Of a stretch of DNA of 64,000 nucleotides, positions 54,855-64,000 are shown one piece after another. This DNA comes from a bacterium. GTDB taxonomy: Bacteria > Bacillota_I > Bacilli_A > RFN20 > CAG-826. Position numbers and translations under genes: made by a program. Where the stretch lies: assembly GCA_963638555.1 (NCBI GenBank), contig CAVHQU010000001.1:99560-163559 (forward strand). Reading direction: 5' to 3'. The notes below the pieces were generated by a model. It made no database searches and was not told where the DNA came from. It was given only the letters and a program-made list of their open reading frames with translations. Within the stretch, counting starts at the first letter, position 1. Each line of letters begins with the position of its first letter.

Positions 54855-55754
54855 TTATTTTCTCTCTTCTAAGGCGTTAATCGCGTCTCTCCTTGCTTTG
54901 GGCCAAACGAACATAGATATAAAGCCTAAAACGATAACTAACAAAATAAGGATAATCGATGATGAAACGTATATAACAGCCATTGTCGCATATTTTACAA
55001 ACCCAGTTTTCAAGACATCTTGAACATCATTGTCCGAGATTTTTTTAAATAAAGAAACATATGAAGATTTGCAATAAGAACAAATAAGTTCATGTATCCA
55101 GTTTTCTCTTAGTAAGAACGTATATGTAAAAGAGAATGCGAAATAACCAGTTAACAACCCAGAGAAACCAACGAGATAAGTAATAAGCAAATTCTTAAAG
55201 AAAAGATATAAAACCAAAGCGCCAACTGCTGTTATTCCAGCCGTTAATAAACCAGCGAATATTGCGGCACCGATCACTTTGGAAATGCGTCTTTTTTCTT
55301 TCTCATATTCCTTCTGCTTTTCATCTAAATTCAAAGCAATCAATTGAGAACAGCAATCATCGCAAAAATATTCATCACCAGAATTATCTTTTGGATCATA
55401 AACGAATCTTTCCGCACCTCTTTTATCAGTCTCAATTCTTCCCATTCCATATTCAGAATTTGAGTAGATTGTTTTACCACATCGAGCACATTGTCCGATT
55501 AGTTTGCCTTTACTTTCATAAGAATAAGCAGGGATTATTTTTTCTTTTTTCTCTTCAGAAACGTTGCATAAATCATCAGTGCTTATTCTTAAGAAAGAGG
55601 ATATTTTTTCTATATTCTCGCTAGAAGGTTCTCTTGAGCCATTTTCCCAAGAGATAACCAAATCTTTGGATACTGAAAGATAACGAGCCAAATCATCTTC
55701 TGACAGCCCTTTTTTCTTTCTATAATATTGAATGTTATTTCCAATCGTTTTCAT
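54855..55754 (-). CDS. membrane-anchored XRE-family HTH protein with a zinc-ribbon linker
   Basis: 299 aa with an N-terminal HTH (IQYYRKKKGLSEDDLARYLSVSKDLVISWENG), CxxC...CxxCC (CARCG, CDDCC) and then about 4 TM segments. Confidence 0.75.
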   Translation of the reverse strand: MKTIGNNIQYYRKKKGLSEDDLARYLSVSKDLVISWENGSREPSSENIEKISSFLRISTDDLCNVSEEKKEKIIPAYSYESKGKLIGQCARCGKTIYSNSEYGMGRIETDKRGAERFVYDPKDNSGDEYFCDDCCSQLIALNLDEKQKEYEKEKRRISKVIGAAIFAGLLTAGITAVGALVLYLFFKNLLITYLVGFSGLLTGYFAFSFTYTFLLRENWIHELICSYCKSSYVSLFKKISDNDVQDVLKTGFVKYATMAVIYVSSSIILILLVIVLGFISMFVWPKARRDAINALEERK

Positions 55755-55759
55755 AAGTG

Positions 55760-55785
55760 AGAAAAGGCCCCAATTTAAGGGGCCT
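55760..55785 (-). terminator. rho-independent terminator after the 160-aa membrane-protein gene
   Basis: Stem AGGCCCC (55765-55771) / GGGGCCT (55779-55785), followed on the minus strand by a short T-run. Confidence 0.6.
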
Positions 55786-55814
55786 CAACAGTATCCTATT
55801 TATATATAAAGATA

Positions 55815-56297
55815 TTAAGCTGTTTTGGAGAATAATCCTTTGCCACCAACAAATAAGCTTGCCAATGCTGCAACTGCGGAGCATCCACCTGCAATGATGT
55901 ATCCCCATCCTAATGTTGCTGTTGTGCCAAATGTTGCTGCCCAGCTTGTACCAACTAAGACTGGGGAAAGGAAGAATAGGACTGCACAAACTGCACAAAT
56001 GATTCCAGTTAAGAAAGAGAAGAATGATCCAACCTTTCCGCCAAAGAATCCAGTGATGACTGCAACAAGTCCAAAGAATGCAGCAATGAGCAATAAGACA
56101 AACCATGCAATCATGGCACCATATGGGTCATTGAGTTGAAGAGCTTCGTTTCCAAAAACGAAATCATATCCTCTTGCTGGTTCAATAAATTTGTCCCCGC
56201 CAATTAAGCCAGGTCCTAATGGGAATAATAAGGCTCCAATAATGCCAATAAGAGCGATGATGCCTAATATTCCTGGTAATAATGAGTTCTTTTTCAT
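55815..56297 (-). CDS. hypothetical Gly-rich integral membrane protein
   Basis: 160 aa with 4-5 hydrophobic segments. The overlapping ORFs 55735-56106 and 55825-56139 are treated as spurious. Confidence 0.6.
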   Translation of the reverse strand: MKKNSLLPGILGIIALIGIIGALLFPLGPGLIGGDKFIEPARGYDFVFGNEALQLNDPYGAMIAWFVLLLIAAFFGLVAVITGFFGGKVGSFFSFLTGIICAVCAVLFFLSPVLVGTSWAATFGTTATLGWGYIIAGGCSAVAALASLFVGGKGLFSKTA

Positions 56298-56543
56298 AAA
56301 TAGTTACCTCGAATTTAACAACGATAATATTACTAGTCTTGTTTCTTTTCTTCAAGAAAAGGAAAACATTTCTTAAATTTCTTTAAGGATGCATTTGTTA
56401 CAATCGAACAGTTTGTTTGTAAAAAATTGTTCAATGTATATATAAAATCGGCACAATTTGCAAATTTGTAAAAATAATCATTGAAATTATTTCCCTTTGG
56501 TGTATGTTAACACCTGACTTGTTACAGGAGGGTCACTATTCTT

Positions 56544-58451
56544 ATGAATAAAAAAATCAAATTAATCACAGTATTAAGTGCTGCTGCATTAGTCACAGGC
56601 TTAGTATCTTGCGGAGAAGTTAACAATTCTTCTGCTGAAGCTTCCTCTGAAGCATCCTCATCCGTTGCTAAAGTTGCAACCAGAATCAGCCACGATTCTA
56701 TCGATTATGTCACAGTTGGTGAAGAAGTCGACTTAGATAATTACATCACCATCAAATATGACGACAACACAACAGACAAAACATATGATGTCACCTGCTC
56801 TAGCTCTGATGTTACCATCAATGGTCACAAAGTCAAAGCAAGTACACATGGCGAATTTACATTAGTTGTCAAAGCTGGCACGGTTACGGCCAAGATCACT
56901 CTTAGCGTCGTTTCCGAAGAACACAAAGGATTAATCGATTTCCTTGCTCCATTAAGCGATACTCCAAACAACTATACCTTAATCCAATATGATATCAGCG
57001 ATTCTGGCAGCTTAGAGTACTACAACACTTATCTTCATAATGAGAATTACATCGCCATTTATGATGAAACGGATCCAGGCGCTGTCTATGGTTCCACAAG
57101 CCAATACGCTGGCGAACCAACATCCACAATTCTTGCCAAATTATCAGATGGTCACACATATTGGGGCAATTTCGAGGGCACAAAAGATGATTACAAACCA
57201 GTTTTCGAACCTGGTTATGCCACATGGGAAAACTACTACATCACAGGCGATTTAACAATCGATGCCACTGATGCAACATACGAAACAAGCACCACCACAT
57301 CCGGCACAGAAACCGAATATCTCATGATGGGAACAGATTTCGAAGCAAGACTCTTAAACTATGGTATGTCTACTTTCCCAACCAACTATGGCTATTCCTT
57401 AGTTGGTGCTGAATTCGATGGTCTCTACGATTTAGATTCAGACAATGTTGACGATATGGCTTTATTTACTTGCTATGTCAGCAACGGTACACAAATGGGT
57501 TACTGGACAGTAGTTGGTATTGCAAATATTGGCACTTCCACTATCGATATCATGGAAACAGCCATTAAAGATGCGAAATATCTTCCAACAAAGATTGCCG
57601 GTACAGAAATCTCCACAGTTTTCAAAGCATTAGCTGAAAAGAAGAACTACACAGTCACATTAGATCTCTCTTCTTGTGATTCTTCCGGAAACGCTCTCGA
57701 CTTAACCGACTACTCCCAAGACTGCTTAGCCAACATGTATGGTTCCACACATGTCACAATGACAACAACATTCACAGAGAGTGGTGTTATCAGCACAATG
57801 GAATATCTCGAATTGGTCGAAGATGATGATGGAAACTATGTCCCAGGCACAAACACAAAGATTGGTGCTAAATTTGCAACATGGGATGATGGCACAAACA
57901 CATACACATCCAGTTACAACACCACAACTGGCGCAATGTCTGATGCAACAACAGTTGCCGAAAACAAGACAGTTTATGACTCTGGTGCAATCGCTGGCAT
58001 CACAGCCGACAATGTGACAGAAGATGATGCAAACGGAACGATCTGGTCCAGCAAAAAGACTTCTGGCACAACAGTCACATTCACTGGTAACGTCGGTGAT
58101 AACGATGGCACAGAAGTTACAAATAGCATCTTCGGTAAAATCTTCGATATGAATGGCTTCTCGAGCACATTCATCTCTTCAATCGGTGCTGCAGGATTTG
58201 GCACAACACTCACCACACCAGTCGAATTCACTTCTGGTGATAGCCATGCCTTATCAATGTATTCTTCCTATGAATACTTCACAGTTGATACCGCAACAAA
58301 CGAAGTTTCTATCGCAGCTCTTTGCTACTTACCAGTCGGTTTAAGCGATTACATCTTAGCTAAGCTCACAATCACCAACGTCGGTACAACAACAAACGAC
58401 TTCAGTGGTTTCACAACTTCTGGTTCTTCCTCAAGTTCCACTGGTGAATAA
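56544..58451 (+). CDS. surface lipoprotein of unknown function (Ig-like N-domain, Thr/Ser/Asp-rich)
   Basis: Signal peptide plus lipobox (LVTGLVSC), AGGAGG SD, 635 aa, Ser-rich C-terminus. First gene of the opp cluster. Confidence 0.8.
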   Translation: MNKKIKLITVLSAAALVTGLVSCGEVNNSSAEASSEASSSVAKVATRISHDSIDYVTVGEEVDLDNYITIKYDDNTTDKTYDVTCSSSDVTINGHKVKASTHGEFTLVVKAGTVTAKITLSVVSEEHKGLIDFLAPLSDTPNNYTLIQYDISDSGSLEYYNTYLHNENYIAIYDETDPGAVYGSTSQYAGEPTSTILAKLSDGHTYWGNFEGTKDDYKPVFEPGYATWENYYITGDLTIDATDATYETSTTTSGTETEYLMMGTDFEARLLNYGMSTFPTNYGYSLVGAEFDGLYDLDSDNVDDMALFTCYVSNGTQMGYWTVVGIANIGTSTIDIMETAIKDAKYLPTKIAGTEISTVFKALAEKKNYTVTLDLSSCDSSGNALDLTDYSQDCLANMYGSTHVTMTTTFTESGVISTMEYLELVEDDDGNYVPGTNTKIGAKFATWDDGTNTYTSSYNTTTGAMSDATTVAENKTVYDSGAIAGITADNVTEDDANGTIWSSKKTSGTTVTFTGNVGDNDGTEVTNSIFGKIFDMNGFSSTFISSIGAAGFGTTLTTPVEFTSGDSHALSMYSSYEYFTVDTATNEVSIAALCYLPVGLSDYILAKLTITNVGTTTNDFSGFTTSGSSSSSTGE

Positions 58452-58497
58452 ACAAAAACAATAATTATTTGTTCTTTATAACGTGAAAGGAGAAATT

Positions 58498-61281
58498 ATG
58501 AGAAACAATAAATGGAAATATGGTATTGCCTCAGTCGCAGCCGTTCTCACAATGACTGGCTGTTCTAATACAACTTCTGAAGATAAATACACATATAATA
58601 CATATTTATCTACTAGCCCTTCTAACTGGAACGTTCATAACTGGCAAACCAGCGACGAATCTTACGTCACTGGTTTCACAGAGATGGGCTTCTACGATGC
58701 TGTCTTAAATGATTCAAAAGACGGCTATAACTTCGTTTGCGAAATGGCATCTGAAATGCCAATCGCTGTTGATCCAAACAGTTTAACCGACGAAGAACAA
58801 GAGACATACTATTCTGAATCAGGTAACGCTGGTTCCAACATGGTATGGGATATCAAATTGAATGAAGCTGCAACTTGGGAAGATGGTTCTAAAATCACTG
58901 CTCAAGACTACGTTGATTCAATGGAACTTCTCTTGAACCCAAAATACGCTAACTATCGTGCTGACTCTTATTACAATGGTAACATGATCTTAGTTAACGC
59001 TGAAAACTATTACAAACAAGGTCGTCAAACAATCGAATCCTTCTACAAGTATTTAAACGATACCGATAAAGGTACAGTTAAAGATGACTCCGGTTTCTAT
59101 TTCCTCAACCTTGGTAAAGGTTCTGATGATGGAGACTATATCTCCACGGTCTTCTCTAACGCCGATTCTAGCACATCCTTATACGATGTCTTTAATCAAT
59201 TAGCAGATAGTTATGGCGTTAAGCTCCAAGCTGAACGTATCATCAACGCTTACTCTTACTATATGTGGAAAGCTCTTGATCACAGCGGCAGCGGAGACAA
59301 GAATGACTGGGCAAAAGTCAAAGATCCAAGCAACGTTTCTTCAACAATGATTGAAGATGACGCTGTTGATCTTGATATCGACGTCTTCGATAATGGCTTC
59401 AAAGTCGTTACATCCACCGATGAAGACGAAATTGGCACAACAGCCAAAATCATGACCATCAAGAACACAACAGATGGTTGGACAGAAGACAACATCGAAG
59501 AATATTCCACAGAAGATTTAAAAGCAGACCTTAAGAAGTGCGTCGCTGCTATCTCTTCTAGAAACAAATATTCTTCTAAGTCCTGGGCTTGGAAGTTACC
59601 ATTACGTACCTATGTTTACACATACGAAGGCGCGACAATCGAAGCTTCCGACATTGGCATTAGAAAGGTTGATGATTACACAATCCGTTTCTATCTCACC
59701 AAATCCATCACACCTCTTAACCTCAAATTCAGCTTAACAAGCAACTTCTTGGTTAATGTTGATCTCTATAAGAAGTTAACAACAACTTTAGCAAACGGTA
59801 ACTTAGCTACCACATATGCTACAAACAGTGTTGATAACTATATGTCTTATGGTCCATACAAGCTAACTTACTTCGAAAAGGGCAAAGAAATCCACATCGA
59901 ACGTAATGAAAAATGGTATGGATATACGGATGGTAAGCATGAGAACCAATTCCAAATGGATCAAATCATCACCAACATCTATACAGACCATAATACCGCC
60001 ATGCAACAATTCCTTGCTGGTAAGTTAGATGATATTGATTTAACAGTTAATGATGTCAGAAGCTACGGTACATCAAAACGTTGTACAACAACATATGAAT
60101 CCTACACTCAAAAGTTGTCCTTCAACTCTGATAGAGCAACTCTTAAAGATAGACAAAGCGTTGCTGGTGAAAATAAAACGATCTTAGCCAATAAAGATTT
60201 CCGTGAAGGCTTATCCTTAGCCTTAGATAGAACACAATTTGCTTCCCAAGCAACTTCTGGTTCTAAAGGCTTCACAGGCTTGCTTAACGACTTATATCTT
60301 TCCAACAACGCCACAGGTGAAACATATCGTTCCACCGATCAAGGTAAGAGCGTCTATGGCAAAGTTTATGGTCACTTAGGCGGATCCGCGATTGATGAAA
60401 CAAGTGGAAGTGCACTTAGCGAAGATGCAGTTGGATACAACTACAACCTTGGTGTCGCTTATGCTGTAAAGGGCATTGAAGAAGAACTTCAATCAACTGA
60501 GCAAGGTCACATCAGCGCAGGCGATACAATCTCTATCGAATTCCGTGTTTATGACGATACTTCCGAAAACACTGTTGCCGCTTATAACTTCATTCAAAAA
60601 GCATGGACACAACTCTTAGCTGATGTCACAACTCAACTTAAAGCAGATGGCGCAATCAAAGATAGCGAATCCATCAGCATCAAACTTTCCTTAGTCAAAG
60701 ACCAAGACTACTACACAACAGCCCAAAATGGCCGTTATGATATGATCTTCTCCACATGGGGCGGTGCTGCTATTAACCCTTACGGCTTAATGCAAGTCTA
60801 TTGCGATAACAGCTTCACACAAACATGTGAATATGGTTTCAAAGGAAAACAAGCTGAAACCAAATTAGACATCGACCTCAATGGTGATGGTGTCATTGAT
60901 CCAACAACAGAAACTCGTTCATTTGCCAAATGGTATGATGACATGAACAACGCTGATGAATTCAATGAAGCTCAATATGGTGATGAAATCACAAAAGACG
61001 ATGATAACTACGAAGCATGGAATAAGATCCACAACCAAAAATTAACAGTTCTTGCTGGTTTGGAAGCTGGTATCTTAAACCGTTTTGAAGCAGTTCCACT
61101 CGTTGCTCGTGGTTCTTCCTCCTTACTTGGTTTCAAGTGTGAGTATGCAAGCAAGACCTATGTTTCCTTAATCGGTTACGGTGGCATCCGTTTGATGACA
61201 TTCAACTATACGGATTCCCAATGGTCTGAATTCTGTTCTAGATATAACAACAGCTTATCCGATTTGTATAAAGCTGCTTAA
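58498..61281 (+). CDS. oppA: ABC transporter substrate-binding lipoprotein, family 5 (OppA-like), enlarged
   Basis: Start at ATG 58498 behind AAGGAG. Lipobox LTMTGC. About 927 aa with SBP_bac_5-like regions (..KITAQDYVDS.., ..SYGPYKL..). Confidence 0.8.
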   Translation: MRNNKWKYGIASVAAVLTMTGCSNTTSEDKYTYNTYLSTSPSNWNVHNWQTSDESYVTGFTEMGFYDAVLNDSKDGYNFVCEMASEMPIAVDPNSLTDEEQETYYSESGNAGSNMVWDIKLNEAATWEDGSKITAQDYVDSMELLLNPKYANYRADSYYNGNMILVNAENYYKQGRQTIESFYKYLNDTDKGTVKDDSGFYFLNLGKGSDDGDYISTVFSNADSSTSLYDVFNQLADSYGVKLQAERIINAYSYYMWKALDHSGSGDKNDWAKVKDPSNVSSTMIEDDAVDLDIDVFDNGFKVVTSTDEDEIGTTAKIMTIKNTTDGWTEDNIEEYSTEDLKADLKKCVAAISSRNKYSSKSWAWKLPLRTYVYTYEGATIEASDIGIRKVDDYTIRFYLTKSITPLNLKFSLTSNFLVNVDLYKKLTTTLANGNLATTYATNSVDNYMSYGPYKLTYFEKGKEIHIERNEKWYGYTDGKHENQFQMDQIITNIYTDHNTAMQQFLAGKLDDIDLTVNDVRSYGTSKRCTTTYESYTQKLSFNSDRATLKDRQSVAGENKTILANKDFREGLSLALDRTQFASQATSGSKGFTGLLNDLYLSNNATGETYRSTDQGKSVYGKVYGHLGGSAIDETSGSALSEDAVGYNYNLGVAYAVKGIEEELQSTEQGHISAGDTISIEFRVYDDTSENTVAAYNFIQKAWTQLLADVTTQLKADGAIKDSESISIKLSLVKDQDYYTTAQNGRYDMIFSTWGGAAINPYGLMQVYCDNSFTQTCEYGFKGKQAETKLDIDLNGDGVIDPTTETRSFAKWYDDMNNADEFNEAQYGDEITKDDDNYEAWNKIHNQKLTVLAGLEAGILNRFEAVPLVARGSSSLLGFKCEYASKTYVSLIGYGGIRLMTFNYTDSQWSEFCSRYNNSLSDLYKAA

Positions 61282-61311
61282 TGCAACCTTTACAATTTAG
61301 GGTATAATTAC

Positions 61312-61338
61312 GAAGGCCGGCTCTTTGGGTCGGCCTTC
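61312..61338 (+). other. intercistronic GC-rich hairpin between oppA and oppB
   Basis: Stem GAAGGCCG (61312-61319) / CGGCCTTC (61331-61338) with an 11-nt loop and no U-tract after it. Confidence 0.5.
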
Positions 61339-61355
61339 AATTAGTAAAAGAGATT

Positions 61356-62510
61356 ATGAAAAAGAAAAAGAAATTACAAAGTGAAACAAAAAGCTCACTA
61401 AATCCAAATAGTCTCGATGATTTCGGCGATGAAGCCGTTTTAAATCAAGATGAACCTTCCGCTTGGGAGAAGTTTTGGAAATCTTTTGCTGCCTTTTGGA
61501 CCAGCAAATCAACAAAAGAGATGCTTTTATACATTCTTAAGCGTCTCATCCTTTTAGTATGTACATTCTTAGTGATCTTTTTGATTTGCTTTGTTTTAGT
61601 ACGTTTATTACCTGTCTCATTTGATGGTGGTATGAAAGATCCTGAAATCTTCTACAAACAAATGGTTGCCCAAGGCCGTTATGTACAAAATTCAGATGGG
61701 TCTTATTCTCCAATGCCAATCATGCAACAGCTTTGGAACTTCCTCACTAACTTATTTAGCGGGGGTAGCAATCCTTGGGGTTTCTCCTACAAGATTCAAT
61801 GGCTTGCTTCACCTGCAGACATTCTTGCTGATAGATTCCCTCCAACAATCTTAATCAACATTTATTCTATGATCATCTCCATCCCTCTTGGCTTAGGTCT
61901 TGGTGTCTTCATGGCTTTGAAGAAGAATAAATGGGAAGACCATGTATTAAGTGTTCTAATCATGTTGGTTATCTCTGTCCCATCATTTATCTACGCCTTC
62001 CTTCTTCAATATTTATTCGGTTATGTTTGGCAAGTATTGCCGCCAGTCGCTGCTTCAGCAAAGAATGGTTATTTCACGGCTGAATATTTCTCATCAATCA
62101 TATTACCAGTCTTATCCATGTGCTTCGGCTCAATAGCTGGATATGCCCGTTATACACGTGCCGAATTAACCGAAGTTTTAACAAGCGACTTCATGTTACT
62201 CGCTAGAACAAAAGGTTTAACAAGAGGCCAAGCAACAATCAGGCATGCCTTTAGAAATTCCTTAGTTCCTATCTTCCCAATGATCCTTGGAGAAATCATC
62301 TCGATTCTTTCAGGTTCAATGATTATAGAAAACATTTTTGCCGTTAACGGAGTTGGTGGTCTTTATCTTGATTCAATCAACAAGAGGGACTACGACGTCT
62401 TCCAATTCGTCTCAATGTTCTATATTCTCATTGGGTTACTTGGAACATTAGTCGTCGACGTATCTTACGGTATAGTCGATCCACGCATTAGAATGGGGAG
62501 CAAGAAATAA
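61356..62510 (+). CDS. oppB: oligopeptide ABC transporter permease (OppB-like)
   Basis: 384 aa with the EAA-loop region ..DFMLLARTKGLTRGQATIRHAFRNSL.. and an N-terminal hydrophilic extension. Confidence 0.88.
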   Translation: MKKKKKLQSETKSSLNPNSLDDFGDEAVLNQDEPSAWEKFWKSFAAFWTSKSTKEMLLYILKRLILLVCTFLVIFLICFVLVRLLPVSFDGGMKDPEIFYKQMVAQGRYVQNSDGSYSPMPIMQQLWNFLTNLFSGGSNPWGFSYKIQWLASPADILADRFPPTILINIYSMIISIPLGLGLGVFMALKKNKWEDHVLSVLIMLVISVPSFIYAFLLQYLFGYVWQVLPPVAASAKNGYFTAEYFSSIILPVLSMCFGSIAGYARYTRAELTEVLTSDFMLLARTKGLTRGQATIRHAFRNSLVPIFPMILGEIISILSGSMIIENIFAVNGVGGLYLDSINKRDYDVFQFVSMFYILIGLLGTLVVDVSYGIVDPRIRMGSKK

Positions 62511-64000
62511 TGGAAAATAAAGAAATCATAACTCAGCCCCAAAACAACATGGAGCTCACAAATTTGCCAAAAGAACTCTTCAAAAAGTCCAAAGTTGATG
62601 CAGAATCATTGCATGACCAAGCATTTGAAACAAAACCTGTTTCATTCTTAAAGGGCGCTTTCATGCGTTTTGCTAAGAATAAGGCTTCAATCGTTGCAGC
62701 CATCATTATTGCTATTATCATCCTTTATGCAATCATCGTTCCTTTCGCTTCTCCTAAGGCATATGTTGATAAAACGGAATATCCTTCGGGTTTCAAAGAT
62801 GAGAACTTCAGTTATGCTCTTCCTTATAACCCTATTTTCAAAGGAACAGGTTTCTGGGATGGCACCGAAGTCAAATCAGGATACAATGAACAAGCGCTCT
62901 CCATCCTTCAATACGACGATTCTAACCACAGCAAACTTGTTAACGTAGTTTCGAAGACGGAAGAAAAAATCGGCTCAACAATAATCACGATGTATTCTGT
63001 CCGTGTCGATTCATATGCTGTTGGTAACAAGATCATCACGATTAAAGAAGATGCTTACAACAAACTCGTTAGCTACGAGAAAGAACAAGGTATCTATCAC
63101 GTTCTAGAAGGTGATAAGAAATCTATCATGAAGCCTCTTCTTGATGTTTCATCTTACATCAGTGAATACAAAGACACGATGGCTGAAGATTTAGCTGGTT
63201 GCAAATATTCAGAAATCGGAAGCAGCCAATCACAAGTTTCAATCAAAACAAAGATTGACAATGTCACCGATGCAATGAATAACTATTACAATCAAAATTC
63301 TAATATTTATTACAAGCTTACAGCTAAGATTGATGGCGAGTACACACAAAACTCTTTCCAAACAATCTTTAAAGAAGACGATGGCGAACTCGTGCCAGAT
63401 CCAATCTATAAAGTTGATGAAAACGGCGAATACGTTTATGCCAATATATCAAATGGCATGGCTCAAATCCGTGTTGATTACTTCGATTACTTCGTCTATC
63501 ACAACGGATTCCAACCATATTACTTATTTGGTGCAAACTATTCCGGCCAAGATCTCTTCTTAAGATTAGCAGTCGGCGCTCGTTTCTCGCTTCTCTTAGG
63601 CGTTGGTATTTCCTTAATTAACATCCTTATTGGCGTTATTTGGGGTTCTATCTCGGGATATTATGGCGGAAAAGTTGACCTTATCATGGAACGTTTCACG
63701 GATATCATCTCCGCTATTCCATCAGTTATCATCCTTACCATTTGTTCAATTCAATTTACGAATAATTCTGCTTTGAAAGCATCAATTGGTGATGCAGGTG
63801 TTATGGTTTTGGCCTTCTTGGTAGCCTTCGTCTATTCAGGCTGGGTTGGAGTTGCTGGTACAACACGTATGCAATTCTATCGTTTCAAAGGTCAAGAATA
63901 CGTATTGGCATCTAGGACATTAGGCGCAAAGGATAGAAGACTTATCTTCAAACATATCTTGCCTAACGCTATCGGTACATTGGTCACTTCCTCAGTCTTA
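62510..64000 (+). CDS. oppC: oligopeptide ABC transporter permease (OppC-like), 3' end outside window, with a large extracytoplasmic insertion
   Basis: ATG at 62510 overlaps the oppB TAA, and the frame is open to the window edge, so it is absent from the ORF track. My translation ends ..GANYSGQDLFLRLAVGARFSLLLGVG...EYVLASRTLGAKDRRLIFKHILPNAIGTLV. Confidence 0.8.
   Translation, partial: MENKEIITQPQNNMELTNLPKELFKKSKVDAESLHDQAFETKPVSFLKGAFMRFAKNKASIVAAIIIAIIILYAIIVPFASPKAYVDKTEYPSGFKDENFSYALPYNPIFKGTGFWDGTEVKSGYNEQALSILQYDDSNHSKLVNVVSKTEEKIGSTIITMYSVRVDSYAVGNKIITIKEDAYNKLVSYEKEQGIYHVLEGDKKSIMKPLLDVSSYISEYKDTMAEDLAGCKYSEIGSSQSQVSIKTKIDNVTDAMNNYYNQNSNIYYKLTAKIDGEYTQNSFQTIFKEDDGELVPDPIYKVDENGEYVYANISNGMAQIRVDYFDYFVYHNGFQPYYLFGANYSGQDLFLRLAVGARFSLLLGVGISLINILIGVIWGSISGYYGGKVDLIMERFTDIISAIPSVIILTICSIQFTNNSALKASIGDAGVMVLAFLVAFVYSGWVGVAGTTRMQFYRFKGQEYVLASRTLGAKDRRLIFKHILPNAIGTLVTSSVL

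Noticed and set aside
55735-56139. Two extra ORFs (123 aa on the minus strand, 104 aa on the plus strand) overlapping the 160-aa membrane-protein gene.
   Set aside because: The 160-aa frame has a coherent TM pattern, a start context and a terminator. The others are Cys/Trp-rich or Pro/Asn-rich shadow frames.
56455-56466. 12-bp palindrome AATTTGCAAATT and repeated TTTGTAAAAA boxes upstream of the lipoprotein/opp cluster as a CodY or other operator.
   Set aside because: There is no good match to the CodY box AATTTTCWGAAAATT, and such AT-only palindromes are frequent in AT-rich spacers. The support is not strong enough to call.
1-64000. Looked for CRISPR arrays, rRNA, transposases/IS ends, integrases and phage genes.
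   Set aside because: No spaced direct-repeat arrays, no rRNA-like GC-rich blocks and no recognisable recombinase or phage ORFs in any frame. The only repeats seen are the short ones reported above.

Overview
AT-rich, gene-dense chromosomal segment using the standard genetic code. Gene content and style (ECF transporter module next to truA, GatCAB, lipoprotein-led Opp system with a 900+ aa binding protein and enlarged permeases, many 4-nt start/stop overlaps) suggest a low-GC Gram-positive or Mollicutes-related bacterium, possibly Erysipelotrichia- or Acholeplasma-like; this is only a guess. About 60 CDS are present, mostly housekeeping. They include rplM-rpsI, truA-ecfTA2A1-comEB, smpB, gpmA, galE, gatCAB, prfA-prmC-tsaC-rpiB, dnaX-ybaB-recR-tmk-holB-ricT-rsmI, a two-ORF arginine-to-putrescine route, nadK-nfnAB, hsp20, ybaK and an opp operon running off the right edge. 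There is also a three-gene tRNA cluster (Ile-Val-Thr). I found no rRNA, CRISPR array, transposase, integrase or prophage genes. I cannot point to a clear-cut novel multi-gene system. The observations most worth a second look are listed here. (1) An E. coli-like -1 frameshift cassette (A_AAA_AAC, one codon, UGA) in the dnaX linker. (2) A roughly 2-kb accessory islet between gatC and rpiB, holding a decayed secreted DUF6973-like gene and a frameshifted lipoprotein-like gene, still flanked by a consensus promoter and terminators. (3) A fused arginine decarboxylase/agmatine deiminase ORF. (4) A recurring leaderless promoter geometry, with a -10 hexamer 6-7 nt before the ATG and no SD. (5) A Fic protein with a degenerate active-site motif behind a perfect 23-bp palindromic operator. 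(6) Tandem CIRCE operators on hsp20. All protein family calls come from reading motifs by eye, with no database searches.
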